7,027 nucleotides of DNA from Octopus sinensis (GCF_006345805.1 NW_021829020.1:1-7027), one strand, 5' to 3'. Positions 1 through 6,408 are shown, counted from the first letter of the stretch. The notes: generated by a model from the letters alone, not told the origin. A program made the numbers and translations.

Positions 1-75
1 AGAGAGAAGGAGAGAGAGAGAAGGAGAGAGAGAGAAGGAGAGAAAGGGGCTGAGAAAGAGAGAGAGAGAGAGAAG
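1..75. repeat. AG-rich compound microsatellite, truncated by the window edge
   Basis: Reiterated AGAGAGAGAAGG/AG units. Confidence 0.9.
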
Positions 76-194
76 GAAATATAGTGAAGTTCATGTACAT
101 TTCTCTATAGATGTGTGCATATACACCTCTTGCATATACATACACACATGCTCGGTCATTGTACAATCACTGAGACCAGTAGAAGCATATAATA

Positions 195-760
195 TTGGGT
201 TGTCCGGAAAGTTCGTGCCGATTTTTAAAGGAAAGAAAAAGCCAAATAAATACTTGCCATTACATTTTTAATCAACCAAATATGAACCATTTTGTTGCAC
301 AATGTGTCTCCATCTTTCCTTTAACTTAAAAATACCCTCTTCTCAGAATTGAGGTGGTTTCATGGCAAAGAATTCATCAAGGTATCTTTTTACGTCATCC
401 AAGGAATTGGAATTTTTACCATTAAGACTATTCTGCAGAGACCTGAATAAGTGGAAACCCGAAGGAGCAATATCTGGTGAATATGGAGGGTGGAGTAACA
501 CATCTCAGTCGAGCTGTAGCAATTTTTGTCTGGTTCCCAAAGCATCAAGTGCGGAAAATGAACTTTCTTATCTTCCATTTTAAAGGGTTACAGAATTAAC
601 ACAGGTTATGGGAACATAAACCTTCTTCCACGAAAAGATAGCTTAAACTGTGCTCTAAATGGAGGTGTAGTCAAATCCTATTTTATAGACTCAACCATGT
701 TCTAAAATAAGTCGAAAGGTAAGCTGCTATAAATCGGCACGAAGTTTCCGGACAACCCAA
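195..760 (-). mobile_element. Non-autonomous, internally deleted mariner (Tc1/mariner superfamily) DNA transposon
   Basis: 30-bp TIRs: 195-224 TTGGGTTGTCCGGAAAGTTCGTGCCGATTT and 731-760 (reverse complement matches 29/30). TA on both flanks (193-194, 761-762). Transposase remnants on the minus strand. Confidence 0.95.
268..578 (-). pseudogene. Mariner transposase pseudogene (N-terminus fused to C-terminus across a large deletion)
   Basis: From ATG 578 the minus strand reads MEDKKVHFPHLMLWE, resembling the mellifera-type N-terminus MENQKEHFRHILL. In another frame, 543->268 reads ALGTRQKLLQLD*DVLLHPPYSPDIAPSGFHLFRSLQNSLNGKNSNSLDDVKRYLDEFFAMKPPQF*EEGIFKLKERWRHIVQQNGSYLVD*, containing the mariner HPPYSPDLAPSD motif. 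It has two in-frame TGA stops (505-507, 343-345) and Gly at the third catalytic Asp position (457-459). Confidence 0.93.
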
Positions 761-1249
761 TATATCTTTGGTTTATCGGAGATGTGACAGGTTTTATTAT
801 AATCAAAAAGATAACGAAAAATAAAGCTATGGAGCTATGACAGTTTTATAAACCCGATTGTTAAATATAACTAACAAAATTTACAAAAAATAGCTTTAGA
901 TATAACCACAAGGAAAGGAAAATAAAAAAATATTATGTAAGAAAATATCGCGAGAGTAAATGGAATATAAGCTACGTGGAAAACGTCTTAGCCTTGACAA
1001 CATGTAATTAGATAGGCCGAATTTATGATAATCATTTCCAAAACAATTTTTGTTTGCTTGTGACGTAAGAGAAAAAACCTTAAATGGTTATGTATGCAGA
1101 AGCATACAATCGCGAACAAACATGCATGTACGCATTCACACGCGCACACACACACTCTTGTGAATGTGTGTAACCTTCACTCTCTTTCTTTCCCATCTAT
1201 CTCTCCCCTCTCTCTCAATATATATATATAATCATATATATTTCCACTC

Positions 1250-1250
<1 letters not shown>

Positions 1251-1338
<88 letters not shown>
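1251..1338 (+). repeat. (TATC)22 tetranucleotide microsatellite
   Basis: Perfect TATC run; explains the 'YLSI' ORF. Confidence 0.97.
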
Positions 1339-1340
<2 letters not shown>

Positions 1341-1408
1341 CCGTTTATCTATCTGTCTATCTCTCTATCTATTTTTCTTTTCCATCTTTCGAAAAGAAAA
1401 GCTCTACA

Positions 1409-1456
1409 TTTGTATTTGCCCCCTCTGTGTTCAACCCTGTGTGGTCAATAAAGAAA
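1409..1456 (+). mobile_element. 3'-terminal fragment of SINE family C (5'-truncated, diverged)
   Basis: TTTGTATTTGCCCCCTCTGTGTTCAACCCTGTGTGGTCAATAAAGAAA aligns by eye to the 3' end of the copy at 3179-3408 (TTGTTTGTTCCCTCTGTGTTTAGCCCCTTGTGGGCAATAAAGAAA). Confidence 0.7.
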
Positions 1457-1457
1457 G

Positions 1458-1458
<1 letters not shown>

Positions 1459-1538
<80 letters not shown>
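1459..1538 (+). repeat. (TATC)20 tetranucleotide microsatellite
   Basis: Perfect TATC run directly after the SINE C 3' fragment. Confidence 0.97.
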
Positions 1539-1539
<1 letters not shown>

Positions 1540-1627
1540 CTATCTGCGGCAGAATGGGATAAAGTGGAGGTCAAGAATGAAGGGAAGAGAGAAAGAGTGA
1601 GATGGGGAGGTAGGCTGAGAGAAGCGT

Positions 1628-1630
<3 letters not shown>

Positions 1631-1682
<52 letters not shown>

Positions 1683-1688
1683 CAGACA

Positions 1689-1739
<51 letters not shown>
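1631..1739 (+). repeat. Compound microsatellite (GA)23-(GACA)n-(AAAG)13
   Basis: Read directly from the sequence. Confidence 0.97.
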
Positions 1740-1740
<1 letters not shown>

Positions 1741-1887
1741 GTGTATGTATGAGAGAGAAAGAGAGAAGGGGGAACTGGGAGACTTTTGAGAGTGAATGAG
1801 AGTTAATAAAAAGCAATGACATTCAAGGTTTATACTGTTACGTAAGCTTGCAAACAAACGTCATAGAGTTAAATGTTTTGTTTACAG

Positions 1888-1899
1888 AACTCGTTGCAG
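1888..1899 (+). CDS. Candidate 12-nt frame-preserving microexon of an unidentified host gene (alternative reading: recursive splice site)
   Basis: Acceptor TGTTTTGTTTACAG| then AACTCGTTGCAG then donor |GTATGT. No internal stop in any frame (NSLQ / TRC / LVA). TGCATG at 1952-1957. No transcript evidence is available. Confidence 0.4.
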
Positions 1900-2053
1900 G
1901 TATGTCTGAGCGTTGTGTATTTTTCTGAATAAACATGTATACCTACATGTTTGCATGTGTGTGTTTGCATCCTTGTGTTGTATAAATAAGTGAATGTGCG
2001 TGCGAGTGTTCATGAGTATGCGTGTTTTAGTCTTTATGTACTACCCCTCTCTC

Positions 2054-2538
2054 TCTCTTTTACTTCTTTACTCTCTTTTAGTTGTTTCAGTCATTTGACT
2101 GCGGCCATGCTGGAGCACCGCCTTTTAGTCGAGCAAATCGACCCCAGCACTTACTCTTTGGAAGCCTAGTACTTATTCTATCGGTTCCTTTTTGCCGAAC
2201 CGCTAAGTTACGGGGACGTAAACACACCAGCATCCGTTGTCAAACGATGTTGGGGGGACAAACACAGACACACAAACTTCACACCCACCCACACACACAC
2301 ACACACACCACACACACACACACACCCACACCACATACACACATATATATCTTACAACACAACACACACAATATCGACAAGCTTCTTTCAGTTTCTGTCT
2401 ACCAAATCCACTCACGAGGCTTTGGTCGGACCGAGGCTATGGTAGAAGACACTTGCCCAAGGTGCCATGCAGTGGGAATGAACCAGGAACCATGTGGTTT
2501 GTAAGCAAGCTACTTACCATACAACCACTCCTGCGTCT
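2054..2538 (-). mobile_element. Full-length tRNA-derived SINE, family A (CORE-like central domain, internal TG microsatellite)
   Basis: The minus strand starts AGACGCAGGAGTGGTTGTATGGTAAG. A-box-like TGGTTGTATGGT (2516-2527) and B-box-like GGTTCATTCCC (2474-2484). These are followed by GGCACCTTGGGCAAGTGTCTT, which resembles the CORE-SINE motif GACCTTGGGCAAGT. Short repeated A/G-rich tail (AAAAGAG/TAAA units). A second copy lies at ~3030-3682. Confidence 0.88.
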
Positions 2539-2561
2539 ATGTAGTTTATTTGCCTAAGTGT

Positions 2562-2806
2562 GGAGGCGGAATGACCCAGTGGTTAGATCAGCGGACTCGC
2601 GGTCGTAGGATCGCGGTTTCGATGCCCAGACCGAGCGTTGTGAGTGTTTATTGAGCGAAAAAACCTAAAGCTCCACGAGGCTCCGGCAAGGGGTGGTGGC
2701 GAACTCTGCTGTACTCTTTCACCACAACTTTCTCTCACTCTTTCTTCCTGTTCCTGCTGTACCTGTGTTTCAAAGGGTCAGCCTTGTCACACACTGTGTC
2801 ACGCTG
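2562..2806 (+). mobile_element. tRNA-derived SINE, family B, probably 3'-truncated
   Basis: tRNA-like head GGAGGCGGAATGACCCAGTGGTTAG...GGTTTCGATGCCC with A-box-like (2572-2584) and B-box-like (2615-2627) motifs. The head looks Arg-tRNA-like by eye and continues into a non-tRNA body. The right boundary is approximate. Confidence 0.75.
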
Positions 2807-2882
2807 GAGTATTTGAACTCATAAAGAACAGCTGCTTGGCCTTTTTGTCCGACGTACTAACGTTTCTATTAGCTCGCCGTTC
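2806..2882 (-). mobile_element. Diverged 5' fragment of SINE family C
   Basis: The reverse complement GAACGGCGAGCTAATAGAAACGTTAGTACGTCGGACAAAA...TGAGTTCAAAT matches the family C head (GGCGGCGAGCTGGCAGAAACGTTAGCACGCCGGGCGAAA...TGAGTTCAAAT). Confidence 0.7.
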
Positions 2883-2884
2883 AA

Positions 2885-2995
2885 AGCTTATTTTATATAT
2901 ATAATTTATTATATTATATTATACTATATAAAACATAAATATAATAGGAAATATAATATAATAAATATATAATATTATGTAATACTATATACAAA
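2885..2995. repeat. AT-rich low-complexity tract (degenerate TA/TAA)
   Basis: Almost exclusively A/T. Confidence 0.85.
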
Positions 2996-3178
2996 TGAAT
3001 ATGCAATCAGCATGCATTGGCATAGATATAGTCGTAACTGTGTTGTAAAGAAATTCGCAACGCAACCATATGACTCTATTCTGTTCCTCTGCATGACACC
3101 TTGGGCAAATGTCTTCTACAATAGCCACGGGCCGACCAAAGCCTTGTGAACGAATTTTTCGGCAGAAACTGAAAGAAG

Positions 3179-3408
3179 GCGGTGTGGTGGCAGAAACGTT
3201 AGCACGCCGGGCGAAATGCTTAGCGGTATTTCGTCTGCCGTTACGTTCTGAGTTCAAATTCCGCCGAGGTCGACTTTGCCTTTCATCCTTTCGGGGTCGA
3301 TTAAATAAGTACCAGTTACGCGCTAGGGTCGATATAATCGACTTTATCCGTTTGTCTGTCCTTGTTTGTTCCCTCTGTGTTTAGCCCCTTGTGGGCAATA
3401 AAGAAACA
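3179..3408 (+). mobile_element. Full-length tRNA-derived SINE, family C, with 15-bp TSD
   Basis: A-box-like TGGCAGAAACG and B-box GAGTTCAAATTCC. Central GCCTTTCATCCTTTCGGGGTCGATTAAATAAGTACC resembles, from memory, the Meta/Sauria-SINE domain. Tail AATAAAGAAACA. Flanked by AGAAACTGAAAGAAG at 3164-3178 and 3409-3423. Confidence 0.92.
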
Positions 3409-3431
3409 AGAAACTGAAAGAAGTCCTTCGC

Positions 3432-3434
<3 letters not shown>

Positions 3435-3464
<30 letters not shown>

Positions 3465-3502
3465 TGTATGTATGTATGTATGTATGTATGTATGTATGTA
3501 TG
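3435..3502 (+). repeat. (TATG)17 microsatellite inside SINE A
   Basis: Perfect run. Confidence 0.95.
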
Positions 3503-3684
3503 TGTGTGTTCGTGTGCTTGACAACCGGTGTCGGCTTGCTTACGTCTCCTTAACTTAGATGTTAGGCAAAACAAATTGCGAGAATGAATACCATACTTTA
3601 AAATAAGTCCTGGGTTGATTTGTCCGAGTAAATCCTTCATGGAGGTACCCCAGCATGACCGTATTCTAATGACTAAAGAAAGCA

Positions 3685-3774
3685 ACACACACACACATAC
3701 ATACATATATGTATATATATATATGTATACAACCACACGCACAACCACACACACAAGGACAACCAAACACAAAC

Positions 3775-3806
<32 letters not shown>

Positions 3807-3818
3807 CACACACACATA
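3685..3818 (+). repeat. Degenerate CA/TA microsatellite
   Basis: Interrupted CA, CATA and TA runs. Confidence 0.85.
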
Positions 3819-3921
3819 TAGGCAGAATTCACAAAAAAGGCGAAGACAGGTGGTGTAGGCAAAAAAAAGATGTATTAGTATAACGCTCAGGAAGTGAAAA
3901 AGTCTTTAATGTTTCGGGAGC

Positions 3922-3928
<7 letters not shown>

Positions 3929-3952
<24 letters not shown>

Positions 3953-3984
3953 CACACACACACACACACACACATACATATATA

Positions 3985-4025
<41 letters not shown>

Positions 4026-4026
4026 C
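3929..4026 (+). repeat. Compound (CA)n-(TA)n microsatellite
   Basis: Read directly from the sequence. Confidence 0.95.
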
Positions 4027-4479
4027 ATGGGGATGTATGTGCGTCTGTGTTCGTGTATACACACATATACGCTTAAGAGCTGATAATATAAAACGCTAGA
4101 CGAGAGAAGATCAATGGCTAGATTGATAAATACGAGTAAAGAAGAATAATGGACACATTTAAATGGAAGAGAAAGAAAATCAAAAAAAGACAAACAAAAT
4201 CTTTTCCACCTCACTTGGCGTAAAAAACTACATTAAAATATAGCATGAAAGGGTTGGGCGGTAAGAAATCTGCAAGATTGGTGTCGTATGGTGAACAGAC
4301 AGCGCTGTATTGTCATGGAATAAATGGGAAATCTGGCTAGCAGCGGAAGTTTGTGTGGTTTGTGAGAGAACAATCGCAGAGAGGACCCGTGGGAGCCATT
4401 GCACAAATTGGCTTTATTAAACGATTGTGCTAATCTTGGCGATAATGTAGCAAAGTGGCGAGCTGGGAAATGGCGGAGT

Positions 4480-5135
4480 GAGTGAATGAGAGAGCGAGGG
4501 CGAGGGAAAGAGAGAAGGAGAAGGAGTAAGTGAGTGAGCGAGGAAGTGTGAGTTGTATAGAAAAAAGGAGGGTGAAGTATAACGACGATGGGAGAGAGAG
4601 TTTGTAGTGGGAGGTAAAACAATTGATAGAGAGAAAAAAGTGGGGAAATAGGGAAGTGAAAGAATATGGTGGTGAATGAAGGAAAGGGAGAGCATCGGAA
4701 AGATGGGATGGAGAGAATGAGCTACAGAGAGCTAATGAAGTGGAGGGAGGGTAGAGAACGTGGAGGTGGAGAGACGCTGGACAAAAAGAGAGACAGAAGG
4801 ATGTTGGGATTAAAACTCTGGTAAGGGAAGAACCTAAAGATAGATAGATAGATGGATAGAGACAGACAGAGAGATAGAATGAGAGAGAAAGAGAGAGAGA
4901 GAGGGACAATAAGCGTTAAGAGAGAGAGTGATATAACTAAAGAAGAGAAGCTGAAAGAGAGAGAGAGAGAGAGAGAGAGACAAACAGACAGACGTACAGT
5001 CACAGAGAGAGGGAGAGAGAGGAGAGAAGAGTGAGAGAGGGAGGAAGACAGAGAGAGGGGGAAAAGAGATAGATAGAGAGAGATATAGATAGAGAAAGAT
5101 AGAGAGAGAGGGAGAGAGAGAGAGTGAGAGGGAAA
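4480..5135 (+). repeat. Long purine-rich (GA/GAA/GATA) low-complexity tract
   Basis: Strong A/G strand bias with embedded (GA)n, (GATA)n and (GACA)n runs. Confidence 0.85.
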
Positions 5136-5193
5136 ATGCAATGAGATATTTCTTGACACAATATTATTATGGTTACAATATTATTATGGTTAA

Positions 5194-5218
5194 GGCGGCG
5201 AGCTGGCAGAAACGTTAG
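5194..5218 (+). mobile_element. Isolated 25-nt head of SINE family C
   Basis: GGCGGCGAGCTGGCAGAAACGTTAG, matching the heads at 3179 (+) and 2882 (-). Confidence 0.75.
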
Positions 5219-5230
5219 AACGTACTGCCA

Positions 5231-5717
5231 GTACTTAATTTATCGACCCCGAAAAGATGAAAGGCAAAGTCGACCTTGGCGGAATTTGAACTCAGAACGT
5301 AGCAGCAGACGAAATACCTGTTTCTCTACTACCCACAAGGGGCTACACACTGAGAGGACAAACAAGGACAGACAAACGGATTAAGTCGATTATATCGACC
5401 CTAGGGCGTAAATGGTACTTATTTAATCGACCCCGAAAGGATGAAATGCGAAGTCGACCTTGGCGGCATTTGAACTCACAACGTAACGGCAGACAAAATA
5501 CCGCAAAGCATTTCGCCCGGCGTGCTAACGTTTCTAATTTTTTTATTGCCCACAAGGTGATAATCATAGAGTGGACAAACAAGGACAGACAAACGGATTA
5601 AGTCGATTACATCGACCCCAGTGCGTAACTGGTACTTATTTAATCGACCTCGAAAGGATGAAATGCAAAAGCGACCCCCGCGGAATTTGAACTCAGAACG
5701 TAACGGCAGACGAAATA
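5231..5717 (-). mobile_element. Three abutting head-to-tail SINE family C copies (5231-5318, 5319-5535, 5536-5717)
   Basis: Each is the reverse complement of part of 3179-3408. The middle copy matches 3192-3408 at about 92% (17 mismatches in 217 nt by manual count). All three are 5'-truncated, and 5231-5318 is also 3'-truncated. Confidence 0.92.
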
Positions 5718-5744
5718 GCAGAAAAGGATAAAACAAAAGAATAG

Positions 5745-6005
5745 TATTAATGACTGTGATATAGAGATTGTACTTAAAGATGATAAAAGTGATTTTACAA
5801 TAAAATTTAAGACAATTGCATTCTCATAGTGAAAGTGATTATGGCAACAGTGAGGATTATACAAATGGTGGTGATGATTACGACTGCAGCGATGATGATT
5901 CGATAACAGTGATGGCGTTTATGATGATAGTGATGGCAATCATGTTGACCGCTAGTAGCAGCACTAATGATGTTGATTCTGTTGCTGTTGAAGTCTTATG
6001 ATTAT
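5745..6005 (+). repeat. Decayed (GAT/ATG)n trinucleotide-derived low-complexity tract
   Basis: Period-3 GAT/GTG/AGT pattern; explains the D/S/M-rich ORF at 5816-6001. Confidence 0.7.
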
Positions 6006-6176
6006 AACTTCCAGTATGGAAGCCTGTAGGAGATAAGGATATGGTGACGTTGAGAATTCTTTTTTTTAGTTATGGTCATTGATTTACTGAAACTGGTTTA
6101 TTGCAACGGTCTCAGTTCTCGCCCCTCATACACTTTCTGGTCCTCGTTCTTTCTTGGACACTCTCCAGTTGACTTA

Positions 6177-6408
6177 CGCATACACATACATATATATATA
6201 CAATACACACATACTTGCATACATACACACACACACATTAGCATACACACATCAGTATACTCAAGCTCTCTCCCTCATCTTGCTCAGATACATACACACA
6301 CATACACACACAAACATACACACACACACACACACATACATACATACATACATACATACATACATACATGCATACATACCTACATACATACATACATGCA
6401 TATACACA
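6177..6408 (+). repeat. Compound CA/(CATA)n microsatellite
   Basis: Interrupted CA and CATA runs. Confidence 0.9.

Larger units (their letters stand above)
3030..3682 (+). mobile_element. Older, diverged SINE family A copy interrupted by a family C insertion
   Basis: Segments ~3030-3178 and 3409-3682 are colinear with the reverse complement of 2054-2538 (ACACCTTGGGCAAATGTCTTCTAC, CCGACCAAAGCCTTGTGA, GCTTGACAACCG, AATAAGTCCTGGG, CCAGCATGACCG). The start is approximate. Confidence 0.88.

Noticed and set aside
343-507. Both internal stops in the transposase are TGA at conserved Trp positions, suggesting TGA=Trp recoding
   Set aside because: TGG>TGA is a single transition, and the same element has lost a catalytic Asp and about 0.7 kb. 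Ordinary decay explains it.
362-583. ORFs 362-583 (+) and 390-578 (-) as genes
   Set aside because: They are antisense or frameshifted readings of the mariner remnant; only the first ~15 aa of the minus ORF are transposase.
1837-1846. PAR-bZIP-like palindrome GTTACGTAAG (also TGACGTAA at 1061-1068)
   Set aside because: Isolated 8-10-mers with no supporting context; expected by chance.
1164-1857. ORFs rich in YLSI, RE/RK and LS repeats
   Set aside because: Translations of (TATC)n, (GA)n and (AAAG)n microsatellites.
2562-2640. Possible tRNA gene
   Set aside because: No convincing acceptor stem or canonical T-arm and no poly-T terminator; it runs into a SINE body.
2082-3862. ORFs of 70-172 aa overlapping the SINEs
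   Set aside because: They lie wholly within SINE or microsatellite sequence, near-identical peptides recur at 5343-5736, and no domain is recognisable.
4402-4430. Small hairpin GCACAA...TTGTGC (starting 4401) as a miRNA or structured RNA
   Set aside because: Only ~30 nt with a 6-bp perfect stem; too short for a pre-miRNA.
4457-4466. GGCGAGCTGG 10-mer matching the SINE C head
   Set aside because: No extension of similarity on either side.
5231-5717. CRISPR-like or satellite array
   Set aside because: The units are 88-217-nt SINE pieces with no unique spacers, in a eukaryotic context.
5816-6001. Acidic D/S-rich ORF resembling a biomineralisation or low-complexity protein exon
   Set aside because: It lies in a decayed GAT repeat with no convincing splice-site pair; the neighbouring sequence has the same periodicity.
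6055-6180. Acceptor-like TTCTTTTTTTTTAG at ~6070 (+) and GTAAGT at 6171-6176 (-)
   Set aside because: Neither has a partner splice site at a plausible distance on the same strand.
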